Of a DNA stretch of 64,000 nt, positions 28,460 to 38,514 are shown piece after piece. The notes beneath the pieces are model-generated. The model saw only the letters and a program-made list of their open reading frames with translations, did no database searches and had not been told where the DNA came from. Origin of the DNA: Candidatus Versatilivorator sp. Its GTDB lineage: Bacteria > Acidobacteriota > Terriglobia > Versatilivoradales > Versatilivoraceae. How positions within the stretch are numbered: the first letter of the stretch is position 1; the number at the start of each line of letters is the position of its first letter. The position numbers and the translations under genes are program-made. The stretch is taken from assembly GCA_965207735.1 (NCBI GenBank), contig OZ242296.1, positions 4,384,001-4,448,000 on the forward strand. The letters are read 5' to 3'.

Positions 28460-29770
28460 CTACAAGCCTTCCACGGTCCAGGGTTCCCGGTAGGTCTTGG
28501 TCAACATGGCGTCGGCCCTGGCATTGTTGGTGAAGCTCTCGCTCTTCGGATCGAATTGCAGCACCTGAGAGAGCCGGAAGGCGATCTCCCCCAGATGGAT
28601 CAGGGCGCAGGAAAGGTGGGCTTCCCCGGCGGGAGCGGTGGGGCGGGAGCGGTCGCGCACGCACTGGAGAAACTGGGCCATGTTCTGACGACCGGTCTCA
28701 GACAGGCTCCCTTCCTTCATGCCCTCTCCCTTGCGCTCTTTCTTGCCCATATAGACCTGAAAATATCCTCGCCTCGAGAGCACCATGTACCCCTCGGTCC
28801 CGTAGAAGGTGTTGCCGCTGTCATACCCATGGAGTCCGTAAGGCGTCCAGAGGCGCTCTTCATAGAGGAGCACCTTGCCTTCCTCGTACTGGTAGGCCAC
28901 CATCATGTTGTCCGGGTATTCCCGCGCCCCCGCCAGGGCTATTCGGCTTCCGTGGGCGGTAATGCGCTCGGGGTGAGTCTTGACCCCCAGCGCCCAGCGG
29001 GCAAGGTCCAGATCGTGGGCCCCGTCGTCACCGATGTCCCCGTTGCTGTAGTCGCGGAAGAGTCTCCAGTTTCGATGGAATCGATTGGGGTTGAAGGGGC
29101 GGCGGGGGGCCGGACCCAGCCACATCTCGTAGTCGACTCCCTCGGGAACCGGCCCATCGGCCACCTCCGGGCGCTCGATCTGCCGCTGCACGTTCCAGGC
29201 CTTGGTCGTCTTGATCTCGCCCAGGGTCCCCGAAGCCAGGATCTCGCCGGCACGGGCCAGCAGCGGGCTGGCGCGCATCTGGGTTCCGTGCTGAAAGATC
29301 CGCTGGTATTTCCGTTCGGCCTCGACCAGAAGCTGACCCTCCCGAAAGACGTGGCTGGCGGCCTTTTCCACGTAGACGTCCTTGCCCGCCTTCATGGCCC
29401 GCAGGGCAATGGGGGCGTGCCAGTGGTGAGGGGTGGCGATAACGACCGCCTCGATCGAGGGGTCGGCCAGGACCTGGCGGAAGTCGCCTTCCAGCTTGGG
29501 CGTTTGGCCGGTCGCATTCTTGACCGTCTCACTTGCCTTCTGCAGGACCGCCGGGTCCACGTCGCACAGGGTCACAATGTGGGCATCGGTCCGGTTGGCC
29601 AGGGTCCTGACGTGAAAGTGGCCCATGCCGTTCATGCCGATGACGGCCACGTTCACCTTCTGGTTGGGCGAGGCGGAGCTGGACCGGATTGCCAGAGTAC
29701 CCATCATTCCCAGAGCGGCCGATCCTCCCAGGGAATAGGACAGGATCCTACGACGAGAAATCGATTTCAT
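28460..29770 (-). CDS. Tat-exported Gfo/Idh/MocA oxidoreductase (paralogue of 26016..27305)
   Basis: SRRRIL leader; long near-identical blocks with the paralogue (IATPHHWHAPIA, RITAHGSRI, REYPDNMMVAYQY). Confidence 0.9.
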   Translation of the reverse strand: MKSISRRRILSYSLGGSAALGMMGTLAIRSSSASPNQKVNVAVIGMNGMGHFHVRTLANRTDAHIVTLCDVDPAVLQKASETVKNATGQTPKLEGDFRQVLADPSIEAVVIATPHHWHAPIALRAMKAGKDVYVEKAASHVFREGQLLVEAERKYQRIFQHGTQMRASPLLARAGEILASGTLGEIKTTKAWNVQRQIERPEVADGPVPEGVDYEMWLGPAPRRPFNPNRFHRNWRLFRDYSNGDIGDDGAHDLDLARWALGVKTHPERITAHGSRIALAGAREYPDNMMVAYQYEEGKVLLYEERLWTPYGLHGYDSGNTFYGTEGYMVLSRRGYFQVYMGKKERKGEGMKEGSLSETGRQNMAQFLQCVRDRSRPTAPAGEAHLSCALIHLGEIAFRLSQVLQFDPKSESFTNNARADAMLTKTYREPWTVEGL

Positions 29771-29858
29771 GTCTTGTATCTCCGTTGCCGCTGGTCGGCG
29801 GGTGCACCCTACATGCCCCCGCCTGGGTCGGACTCCGTTGGCTCCCGCGGCCTGTCGC

Positions 29859-31166
29859 TCAGTCCTGCAGCCTGTGGTCGGAGCTTTCGGGCGCGAAGAA
29901 GATCACGACGATCCCGACCGCGTAGATGAAACTGGTCACCCTTCCGATGCGGGCGTAGTCCCCGTCGAAGTGAGCAATCAGCCATCCGGCCAACAATACG
30001 GCTACCGCCGTCAGAATGCGACCGAAATTGAAGCTGACCCCGGAGCCGGTGGAGCGAGCCGCGGTGGGAAAAAGCTCCGGAAGGAACAGCGGCAACCATC
30101 CGAAGTAGACCCCGGAGAAAAATCCCAGGGCCGAGGCCCAAATCAGGAAGCTGTCATCGACGGGAGTGAGCAACCAGAACATGTACTGACTGGAAAACAG
30201 AGCTCCCAGACTCATCAGGAAATAGGTGCGGCGGCGGCCGACCAGGCTGGCGATGACGCCCCCCAGGAGGCTGCCGATCGTCCCTGTCAGGGATCGGTAG
30301 AACTGAACCCAGGACTTCAGAAATGGGTCGGGCGGATCGGCCGCCGCGCCGGCCTCGCCCGCCCAGGGAATCATCCAGTTGGAGGCGCCCCATCCCCCCA
30401 GCAAGGGAACCGTCCCCAAGGCGATCCCGATCAAGGTCAGACTTCGCAGAGGCGGCCGGAAGACCTCGGCGGTGGCTTTGGATTGCTTTTCTCCAGCGGG
30501 TCGGGGAGCGTCTCGTTGCGCCAACCAGCGGGGTGACTCCGGAACCGCGGCCAGAACGAACAGACCCAAAACGACGGGCGCTGCTCCCACCACCATCACC
30601 CATCGCCAGGTGTCGGGGGTGATTTCGACTCCCGTGGCGGTCCAGGCCATCAGGAGCAGGCCCACGTTGGCCGCCGTCCCCATGATGCCCGCCAGGATCG
30701 GTCGTGAGAGATCGGACCAGGCCTCCGAGACAATGGCCACGCCATTGGGCCACATGCCCCCGATGCCCAGGCAGGTCAAAAATCGTATGACCAGCAACTC
30801 GAAGGGACTTTGAGCCCACCAGGCCAGACCGGAAAAAATGGAGAGGCACAGAATGCTCCACCCCATGGCCCTGACACGGCCGAACCGGTCTCCCAGCCGC
30901 CCGAAAAGCCACCCCCCGGCAGCGGCGCCAAAGAGAAAGGCGCATACATACCAGGCGAACCACTTTCCGACCAGAGCCTCGTTGGTCGACTGGAGCAGGT
31001 CGATGGCCGCCGAACGCATGGCCAGGGCGGTGATGGACATCTGCACCCCGGCGAACATCCATCCCAGAAAGGCAGTCACCACGATCAGGTAGCGGCCGGC
31101 GGCGGATAGCGGCTGGGGAGCAGGACCCGGCAGTCCCGCTGCTGAAATATCCGGCTTGGTTGTCAC
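29859..31166 (-). CDS. MFS transporter (NanT/sialate:H+ symporter-like)
   Basis: Motif A GRLGDRFGR; LGIGGMWP; PESPRW; PELFPTAARSTG.G..FNFGR; about 12 TM. Confidence 0.88.
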   Translation of the reverse strand: MTTKPDISAAGLPGPAPQPLSAAGRYLIVVTAFLGWMFAGVQMSITALAMRSAAIDLLQSTNEALVGKWFAWYVCAFLFGAAAGGWLFGRLGDRFGRVRAMGWSILCLSIFSGLAWWAQSPFELLVIRFLTCLGIGGMWPNGVAIVSEAWSDLSRPILAGIMGTAANVGLLLMAWTATGVEITPDTWRWVMVVGAAPVVLGLFVLAAVPESPRWLAQRDAPRPAGEKQSKATAEVFRPPLRSLTLIGIALGTVPLLGGWGASNWMIPWAGEAGAAADPPDPFLKSWVQFYRSLTGTIGSLLGGVIASLVGRRRTYFLMSLGALFSSQYMFWLLTPVDDSFLIWASALGFFSGVYFGWLPLFLPELFPTAARSTGSGVSFNFGRILTAVAVLLAGWLIAHFDGDYARIGRVTSFIYAVGIVVIFFAPESSDHRLQD

Positions 31167-31177
31167 CCGATTCCCTC

Positions 31178-31284
31178 GATTGTGGATTGTAGATTGTGGA
31201 TTGTAGATTGTGGATTTCGGATTTAGGGCAACAACAGTTGCGAAAATTCTCCAATCAACAATCAGAAATCAACAATTCAAAATC
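31178..31284. repeat. Inverted pair of heptamer arrays (GATTGTR)n ... (AATCAAC)n
   Basis: GATTGTG GATTGTA GATTGTG GATTGTA GATTGTG GATTTCG (31178-31224) facing AATCAAC AATCAGA AATCAAC AATTCAA AATC (31253-31284). Confidence 0.85.
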
Positions 31285-31311
31285 AGACCCTTCGTGTATA
31301 TCTCTTTTTTG

Positions 31312-31722
31312 CTACAGCTTGACTCCCCGCCATTCGCCTTTGTCTGCGGTCACGTCCACCACGTTGCCGTCGGGGTCTTCGATCTTGAAGGCGCGATCGG
31401 GCAGCCGGCGTCGGTCCAGATCGATGCGCTCCTTGACGGTCTTGGAGGCCTCGGCGCCCCATTGGCGGCAGCGCTGCCAGGCGGCCTCCAGGTCCTCCAC
31501 CATGACGCCGAAGTGCACATACTCGTTGCCCTCCTCGATGCGGGGTCGATCGCAGTCGGCGGGCTGTTGAATCAGAGTGATGTTGGTCACGCCGTCGGTC
31601 AGGTCCATGCCCAGCCGGCTGGGCCGATAGCCGATGAATTTCCACCCGAAGACACTTTCGTAGAAGCGACGGGACTCCTCCATGTTACGGCAGCGGAGAG
31701 CCAGATGACGTATTCGAGCCAT
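31312..31722 (-). CDS. VOC/glyoxalase family protein
   Basis: IRHLAL..SRRFYESVFG; HFGVMVEDL; DPDGNVVD. Confidence 0.88.
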   Translation of the reverse strand: MARIRHLALRCRNMEESRRFYESVFGWKFIGYRPSRLGMDLTDGVTNITLIQQPADCDRPRIEEGNEYVHFGVMVEDLEAAWQRCRQWGAEASKTVKERIDLDRRRLPDRAFKIEDPDGNVVDVTADKGEWRGVKL

Positions 31723-31802
31723 GATATGCCTCCTGAATCAGTCTCTTCGTGGTCCGTCTTGGATATCTTTTCCGCAGTTTGTGGGTCCGAGACACTGACG
31801 CC

Positions 31803-33146
31803 CTAAATCAGCTCCTCGATTGGCCTTCCGGTGGTGTCGTCGAAGGAGTTGGCGATCTTGATGGGCCGGCCCACCGGGGTCATGTACTCCTTGGTCCAGT
31901 CTATGCCCATGGCCTTGTAGATGGTGGCGAAAACGTCTCCCACCGAGATCGGACGCTCAGCCACGTATCCGCCCCTCTCGTCGCTGGCTCCGATGACCTG
32001 CCCTCCCTGCAACCCGCCTCCTCCCAGGACCATGGACCAGCAGAAAGGCCAGTGGTCGCGGCCGTTGATGGGGTTGATCTCCGGGGTGCGGCCGAACTCG
32101 CCCATGGCCATCACGATGGTGGATTCCAGCAGCCCGCGTTGCTCCAGATCCACCAGCAGCGCAGTGAGGGTCTGGTCCAGCGTGGGGCACAACAGGGCCC
32201 GCAGCTTCTTGTCGTTCTCTCCCCCCGAGCCCCGGCCGTGGGTGTCCCAGCCGCTGTCCAGGTTGTAACCGGCCGCGGTAACGAAGCGGGAGCCGGATTC
32301 CACCAGGCGCCGCGCCAGCAGGGCGCTCTGTCCGAATCCGTAGCGGCCGTAGGCGTCCTTGATCTGCTCCGACTCCTGAGAGAGATCGAAGGCCTTCTTC
32401 ATGACCGGGGAGAGGATCATCTCCATGGCCTTGTCCCGAAACGTCTCGCGCGTGGCCGCTTCCACCAGGACTTCCCTGCTTCGGTAGAGGCCGTCCACCA
32501 CCTGCAGAAAACCGCGGCGATCCTCGATCCGTTTCTCGGTGATGGACTTGGGGAGGGTGAGGTCCTTGAGCTTGAAGTCCTTCTTACTGGGATCGGGGAC
32601 CACCAGCGGGTTGTAGGCGGCTCCCAGGGAGGAGGCTCCATAGTAGCTCTGGGTGAGGTGGGGCGCGCCCAGAACATAGGGAGGAATGTCGTTGCGAGGC
32701 CCCAGTTCCCTGGCGATGATGGACCCCACGCTGGCAAACTCCATGGCCGGGGCCGGACGGTGACCGCTGGTGATGTACTCCCGGCCCAGGGGATGGTCCA
32801 CTTCCTCGTGAGTCATGGAGCGAATGATGGACAACTTGTCCATGTGGCGGGCCATCCGAGGCAGAATCTCGGAAACCTGGATCCCGGGCACGTTGGTGCC
32901 GATGGGACGGAATCCGCTGCTGGGTTTGGGATCCCAGGTGTCCACCTGGCTGGGCCCGCCTTCCAGCAGGAGCAGGATACAGGCCTGAGCCTTTGCCGGA
33001 GGAGCCTTGGCGCCCGAAGCAGCCATCAAGCCCTTCATTTGGAGAAACTGGCCCAGGTGGATCCCCACCAGGCTCAATGACCCGACCCGCAGAAAGTGCC
33101 GGCGAGCCAGGCTCTCGCAGAAACTGTCGCATCCCCATCGGTTCAT
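31803..33146 (-). CDS. DUF1501 domain protein
   Basis: RRHFLRVG; GGPSQVDTWDPKP; LLARRLVESG; WDTH; GEFGRTP; GRDHW. Confidence 0.9.
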   Translation of the reverse strand: MNRWGCDSFCESLARRHFLRVGSLSLVGIHLGQFLQMKGLMAASGAKAPPAKAQACILLLLEGGPSQVDTWDPKPSSGFRPIGTNVPGIQVSEILPRMARHMDKLSIIRSMTHEEVDHPLGREYITSGHRPAPAMEFASVGSIIARELGPRNDIPPYVLGAPHLTQSYYGASSLGAAYNPLVVPDPSKKDFKLKDLTLPKSITEKRIEDRRGFLQVVDGLYRSREVLVEAATRETFRDKAMEMILSPVMKKAFDLSQESEQIKDAYGRYGFGQSALLARRLVESGSRFVTAAGYNLDSGWDTHGRGSGGENDKKLRALLCPTLDQTLTALLVDLEQRGLLESTIVMAMGEFGRTPEINPINGRDHWPFCWSMVLGGGGLQGGQVIGASDERGGYVAERPISVGDVFATIYKAMGIDWTKEYMTPVGRPIKIANSFDDTTGRPIEELI

Positions 33147-33168
33147 GACCGGGACTCCCCTTGTCGGA

Positions 33169-35676
33169 TCAGTGGTTGTTCAGGAACTGCTCCGAGTTCA
33201 CCACGGCCCACAGCAGATCCTCCAGCGCCTCTCGCCGTGAATCCCGCCGCCCGATCAAGGCTTTCAGCGAGGCCTGTTCGGCTTCGGTCGGGAAACGGCA
33301 CAGGGCCGCCAGGTACAGTTCTTCAATGATAGCTTCATCGGAGGCCTGACGCTGCAGCAGGCGGTCCACCCGGCCTCCCTTGCGGGAAAGCTTGGCGGTA
33401 AAGGTCGGACCCGCCAACTGGTGCAGGGCCTGCAGCAGGCTGGGCTTCATGTCGCGTTCGGGAATGGAGCTCAGGTCGGGCTTCCCGTAGACGTTGAAGA
33501 AGTTTCCGTCCTCTCCCTTCACGCCGCTCACATGCGAGATGGCCCTCAAGAGCACCTCGGTGTCCAGGGGGCGTGGAAGCGCCGTGGAATAGTTGACCCG
33601 ATCGTAGCGGTTGGTGGGGTTGGGATCTCCCGAAAGCTGGTAGGTCCTGGACTCCACCATGAGGCGAATGAGGGAGCGCAGGTCATAGCCGCTCCTGACG
33701 AAGTGCCGGGCCAGGGCCTCCAGCAGCCGGGGATGGGTGGCCAGGTTGTTGGAGCGAAAGTCGTCCACAGGATCCACGATCCCCCTGCCGAAGAAATAGC
33801 CCCACATGCGGTTCGCCATGGCCGGCGCGAAGTAGGGGTTTTCGGGCGAGGTCATCCACTCGGCCAGCGCCAGACGCCAGTCGTCCCGCCGGTCCCGGGG
33901 GATGGGACTCCCGTCCAGGAACCTGGGCCGAACCTCCTGCTTGGTGCGGGGGTGAATGACCTTGGCCCCCTTGCCGAAGGTCCCGTAGCCTTCGGGATCG
34001 TCCACGATCACGAAATCCACCTGGGGAAATCCCGGATGAAGATTGCTCAAGCGGCCGAAGAAGGCGGTCAGGCCCCAGAACTGGTTTTGGCTCCAGGACT
34101 CGTAGGGATGGTCGTGGCATTGGGCGCAGTCCATCCGCCGGCCCAGAAAGACCCGGACCTGCTCCCCCATGGCATTCTGCGGCAGCGGCACGGCCGTGCC
34201 TCCCATATCCTCGTAGTGGCGGGAGGGGCCGTCGAAACCCTGGGCGGCCACCCGTTCGCGGGCAAACTCATCGTAAGGCTTGTTCTCGGCAATGGCCTGG
34301 CGAACCCATTGCTTGTAGCGGGGGTTGATCACCCGCAGGAAGTCGTAAAAGCGCCAGGACCAGTGATCCACGAACTCGGGCGATTGGAGCAGCAGTTCGA
34401 TGAGCCGGGAGCGCTTCTGTGGGTCCGCGTCGGCCAGGAACTGGCGCACGCGATGAACGGGAGGCAGCCTGCCGGTCAGGTCCAGGCAGAGGCGGCGCAG
34501 AAACTCGGCGTCGGAGGAGAGCGGTGAAGGAACCAGGTGAAACTTGCGGGACTTGGCGAAGACATGTTCGTCGATGAAGTTGTGGCGTGGAACCTCGGGG
34601 TAGGCCGCCACCGGCTCCTCGATCACACCCACGGTGGCACTGGCGCTCTGCCCGCCGGCCAGCACCTGGATGGCGGTCTCGCCCACCTGCCGCCCCGTCA
34701 GCCGACCATCGGGTCCCACCGAAACCACTTCCGGGTTGTTGGAAAGGTAGCGCACCTGGCGGGTGATATCCTCCCGGGCGCCGTCAGCCCAATGGGCGGT
34801 CACCAGCAGTTGCCTTGCCCCTCCCTTCTGCAACACCACCTGCCCGGGTATGACCGCCACCCGCTCCAGGGGCGCGGATCGAGCGCCATTCTCGGGACCG
34901 TAGAGCGCGCCCCCGTCAATCCAGTCCCGGATGCGCCGATAGTCCCGGGAGTCCTTCTCGAGACGCTCGCCGCCCCCGTGGGGCACGGCCAGGCTGGCCT
35001 TCAGCAGCAACAGGCTTTGGTCGGGATCCTCGGAGCGGACCCGGGGCGCCTTCTCGCCGGTCTCGGTCGTGAGGACGTGGAAGGCGCCGCCCTCCACGAT
35101 CCAGCGGTAGTCTTCCCGGGGAGCGGTGGCGTTCTTGGAGAGCTTGAACCCGCCCTGCCCGGTGACGCTGCCGTGACATTCGGTGCTGTTGCAGCCCCGC
35201 TTGGTGAGAATCCCGGCGATGTCGCGATCGAAACGGAGCGGGCGGCTCACGGCCGAATCCCGCACCTGCACGTCCGCCTGGAGAACCTGGCGCGAGGACC
35301 GCACGGTCAGCAGGGTTTGGCCGTCGGACCGCGCCCTCACCCTGCCCTGGGCATCGATCTCGGCCAAGGCGGGATCGGCAATGGAGAATCGGCTCGCCTC
35401 GGTCAGGTCCCGCTCCAGACCGTCGTCATAGGTTCCGATGACCAGGAGTTGCTGGGCCGCCCCCCTGCCCCGGAGCCGCACCTCTTCGGGCAGGAGCCTG
35501 ACCGAAAGCAGGCGGGCGGCGGGGAGAGGCTCCCCCGCCGTCACCGGGCCAGAGGACCGGAGTGACGCCGGCCAACCCAGCAGCCCGATCAACAAGCCCA
35601 GTTTGCAGAGACCGGATCCGGGGAAAGCTCCCCCGATCCATCTCGGACTCCTGTTCCCTGTCTGCATCCTGTCCAT
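33169..35676 (-). CDS. DUF1549/DUF1553 protein with Ig-like (Big_2) domains
   Basis: GCNSTECHG..GQGGFKLS; NFIDEHV; FLRRLCLDLTGRLP; CAQCHDHP; NRMWGYFFGRGIVDPVDD. Start placed at MDRMQ (35676). Confidence 0.88.
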   Translation of the reverse strand: MDRMQTGNRSPRWIGGAFPGSGLCKLGLLIGLLGWPASLRSSGPVTAGEPLPAARLLSVRLLPEEVRLRGRGAAQQLLVIGTYDDGLERDLTEASRFSIADPALAEIDAQGRVRARSDGQTLLTVRSSRQVLQADVQVRDSAVSRPLRFDRDIAGILTKRGCNSTECHGSVTGQGGFKLSKNATAPREDYRWIVEGGAFHVLTTETGEKAPRVRSEDPDQSLLLLKASLAVPHGGGERLEKDSRDYRRIRDWIDGGALYGPENGARSAPLERVAVIPGQVVLQKGGARQLLVTAHWADGAREDITRQVRYLSNNPEVVSVGPDGRLTGRQVGETAIQVLAGGQSASATVGVIEEPVAAYPEVPRHNFIDEHVFAKSRKFHLVPSPLSSDAEFLRRLCLDLTGRLPPVHRVRQFLADADPQKRSRLIELLLQSPEFVDHWSWRFYDFLRVINPRYKQWVRQAIAENKPYDEFARERVAAQGFDGPSRHYEDMGGTAVPLPQNAMGEQVRVFLGRRMDCAQCHDHPYESWSQNQFWGLTAFFGRLSNLHPGFPQVDFVIVDDPEGYGTFGKGAKVIHPRTKQEVRPRFLDGSPIPRDRRDDWRLALAEWMTSPENPYFAPAMANRMWGYFFGRGIVDPVDDFRSNNLATHPRLLEALARHFVRSGYDLRSLIRLMVESRTYQLSGDPNPTNRYDRVNYSTALPRPLDTEVLLRAISHVSGVKGEDGNFFNVYGKPDLSSIPERDMKPSLLQALHQLAGPTFTAKLSRKGGRVDRLLQRQASDEAIIEELYLAALCRFPTEAEQASLKALIGRRDSRREALEDLLWAVVNSEQFLNNH

Positions 35677-35684
35677 TCGGTCCT

Positions 35685-37685
35685 TCAGTTGCCCGCGGGA
35701 ATCACCTGGCTGACCGCCGGTCCGCCTCCCGAGGGGTGGAGCACCATCATCGGGACCCGGGCCACGGGAATCGATGGTCCCATCTTTCCCTCCCAGATGG
35801 GCCGAAAGGGATCCTCGCCGGTCATCTTGCGATAGCGGTTCAGCCGGCCGGGTTGAACCGGCCGCAGATGGAACCGGATCCACCTGGGCATGGCCGTAGG
35901 GGGCGCATCCGGCCGCACTGCCAGCAACAGGGTGACCACCTGGTCTTCCCCGGCATAATTCTCTTTGCGGCCCTGATCCTGGGGCAGTCCCAACTCCGGC
36001 CCCATATCGGCTCCAGGCAGTACTTCGACCCCCTCGGGCAGATTGTCCACCGAAACCGCCAGGTCTCCGGCAAACCCTTCCTCCCGGCTGATGATGACGT
36101 TCACCTTCTTGGCCTCGCCCGGATAGAGATTGACCCGGTCCAGCTCGATCATCCAGTCGAGCATTTCCCGGCCCAGGATGTTCAGAACCTCCGCCACCTC
36201 GACCTCGCCCACGTGGGGCACCTGGGGCCGCACCATGAGGCGGTAGCGGAACCCGGCACCGCCCTTGCGGCGGGTCACGTCCCGGATCCGGATCAGGTAG
36301 GACCCACTCTCGGGAAAGCTGACGACGGTCTTGGATTCGGCCGTCTTCCAGAACCACATGTTCTGGGAGGCCTGGCGCTTGTAAATATTGTTGACCAATT
36401 CCCTGCCTGCCTGGTCTAAGACCTCGATGCGCGGATTGAAGTAGGGATAGTGCCGCTCGGGGGTTTCGATCTCGAAAGCCAGGTCCTGCCCGTCCTGCAA
36501 TTCGAAACGGAAGTGGTCCACGTCCGCCGGAAAGCCGATGGTCCCCTCGATGATGGAGGGAACAGTAAACGGGAGGGCCCGCGGAGCATCGTCGTTGGGT
36601 TCCCGTTCCTGAATGATCGCGGCCGGGCGGGCGGCGGCGGTTGGGGACGACCTCTCCTCGCCGCTCAGACCCATCAGGTCCCTCAGTTGCTTTTCCATCA
36701 CGGCCAGCGAGGCCTGGCGCACCGAACCTCCCGATCGAGCCTGCAACCGGACCAGGCGGTCAGGCTCCAACCGGCGGCTGAAACCCCGCTCCTGCCACCC
36801 GATTGCCGCCAGCCTGTCCAGGCCTTGGGCCCGGACCAGCGGTGGAAAGTCGGCGGGAGAGCCGATCTGCAGTTGGTAGGAGGCTCCCGGCTCCCCCTTG
36901 ACTTCCAGGGTGTAGGAGCCGCCTTTTGCGAAACGGTGGATCAGCCTGGGCCTGTAAGCCGAGATGAGTTTGTGGAAGACGGCGGTATTGGCGGAACCCA
37001 GCTTGACCCGCCGCTCCTCATCGAACCAGCTCTCACCCGGCCCGGAGAGTTCCAGAGTAAATCCCGGAGCCCTCCTGAGGTCCCCCAGCATGCGCTGAAC
37101 GCCTTCCACCACCTCGAACGCCAGCTCCTGGTCCGGATTGGCCTCGAAACGGTAGAAGTCGGCCTGGTCTTCTTCGGCAATCCGGCCGCTGAGGGCAGAG
37201 GGAACGGCTATGGCCTGGGCTTGCTCGGCGGTCCCATGCTCTTCGGCTGTCTCGTGCAAGGTGGGCATGGGCACCACCCAGAAAATCAGCGCGTTGGAGA
37301 CGCCCTTGGACGAAACCAGCCTCAAGGCGTGGGGACCCCGTTCGGCTTGCGGGTCGATCGTCACCGCCGCCACCACTCTTTGCCCCGCAATGTCCTTGAC
37401 CTTGCGCCCCTCCTTCATACTGGCCGACCCCGGCTCCACCCTGACCACCCGGCCCTGGATGGCGTCGGTGTCGGCCCAGAGAGCGTGGGAACCCTCCAGA
37501 TTCCTTCCCTGGATCTCGATCTCCACGGTGCTCCCCGGCTGCCCACCCAGAGGAAACATGTGGATGACTTCAGGATCGGTGGGCTGAAGGTCGGCGGCGC
37601 CGGATCCGGCGGGCAGGATTCCCGACAGGAGAAGGGCAAGAACCAAACAACCGCAATACCCTGCAGCCTTTCGCCGGAAAGCCAT
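35685..37685 (-). CDS. Exported pre-peptidase C-terminal (PPC) domain-like protein
   Basis: Signal peptide; FPLGGQPGSTVE; GVSN; EREPND; D.D.FRF repeats. Start placed at MAFRRK (37685). Confidence 0.78.
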   Translation of the reverse strand: MAFRRKAAGYCGCLVLALLLSGILPAGSGAADLQPTDPEVIHMFPLGGQPGSTVEIEIQGRNLEGSHALWADTDAIQGRVVRVEPGSASMKEGRKVKDIAGQRVVAAVTIDPQAERGPHALRLVSSKGVSNALIFWVVPMPTLHETAEEHGTAEQAQAIAVPSALSGRIAEEDQADFYRFEANPDQELAFEVVEGVQRMLGDLRRAPGFTLELSGPGESWFDEERRVKLGSANTAVFHKLISAYRPRLIHRFAKGGSYTLEVKGEPGASYQLQIGSPADFPPLVRAQGLDRLAAIGWQERGFSRRLEPDRLVRLQARSGGSVRQASLAVMEKQLRDLMGLSGEERSSPTAAARPAAIIQEREPNDDAPRALPFTVPSIIEGTIGFPADVDHFRFELQDGQDLAFEIETPERHYPYFNPRIEVLDQAGRELVNNIYKRQASQNMWFWKTAESKTVVSFPESGSYLIRIRDVTRRKGGAGFRYRLMVRPQVPHVGEVEVAEVLNILGREMLDWMIELDRVNLYPGEAKKVNVIISREEGFAGDLAVSVDNLPEGVEVLPGADMGPELGLPQDQGRKENYAGEDQVVTLLLAVRPDAPPTAMPRWIRFHLRPVQPGRLNRYRKMTGEDPFRPIWEGKMGPSIPVARVPMMVLHPSGGGPAVSQVIPAGN

Positions 37686-37743
37686 GCCCTCGCCTCGATG
37701 GAACACGAATCTGGCGGAAGTATACCGGAGAGAGCCCCGCGTC

Positions 37744-38457
37744 TCAATTGGGCGCATGCACGGACCGGCTCGACAAATCAAGCAGAAGCTTTTCCGGAAG
37801 CAGAGGTCGCCGGGATTTCGACCAGCGGGACTCCGGTCCAAGTGCCTTATCTTCGAGCAAGAGCAGGCCGCTCCCTGAGGTGGTTGAGCGTTGCTTGGTC
37901 GCCGCTGGCGGGGGCTTGGGTGCAGCATCATCCCGGAGTTTGCGCGGCATGTTGTAGACGCCGCCCCATCTCGGGGCTGCCAACAAGGCGATGACCGTGG
38001 GCACCCCGATGAAGACCCCGTTGTAAAGTAATTTCCCCCACGGTACGAGGTCGCCTTCTATTGCAACTGTGGGAATCGACCAGCCGGCGGAAGCTCCAAG
38101 GGTGATCCACACATGGTACCGTTTTGAAAGGGGGCGAAAAACCACCACCTTGGTCACGTCTTGCTTCTGCATAGTGTGGGGGTTTCCACCCGATAATGTG
38201 AGCGTGATCGCTTCGGCGGTGGCCGATTTGAAAGACCCTGCAATCTTCCGACTGCCTGCAGGGGCTCGATCCTTGTAGAGCCGCACCCTGGTTCGGGCTC
38301 CGGGAGGAATTCCCTGGACCTTTGACCAGTCCCGCCTGATAAACCACGTTGCTGCCTCTGCCACTGGCGCAAAGCTAATCATAGTCAACAGCAGCACAAG
38401 TCCTGTAGCCGTGCCCTGTCTGAATAAACTCCACAAATTCGTGCCGGTTCTCACCAT
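37744..38457 (-). CDS. Hypothetical exported/membrane protein
   Basis: GAGGAGG RBS; signal peptide (AEA); beta-rich domain followed by two hydrophobic segments; visibly lower GC than flanks. Confidence 0.65.
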   Translation of the reverse strand: MVRTGTNLWSLFRQGTATGLVLLLTMISFAPVAEAATWFIRRDWSKVQGIPPGARTRVRLYKDRAPAGSRKIAGSFKSATAEAITLTLSGGNPHTMQKQDVTKVVVFRPLSKRYHVWITLGASAGWSIPTVAIEGDLVPWGKLLYNGVFIGVPTVIALLAAPRWGGVYNMPRKLRDDAAPKPPPAATKQRSTTSGSGLLLLEDKALGPESRWSKSRRPLLPEKLLLDLSSRSVHAPN

Positions 38458-38514
38458 AGCCTCCTCAGAGGCGACTGCCCAAAAGCGAAAGGGATATGAA
38501 CGTCTTGGACGATC

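Noticed and set aside
35677-36357. N-terminal extensions of ORF-track calls (33169..36357, 35685..37931, 15259..17256, 55468..56181, 54308..55285)
   Set aside because: They overlap neighbouring real genes or repeats; downstream starts with an RBS or signal peptide fit better.
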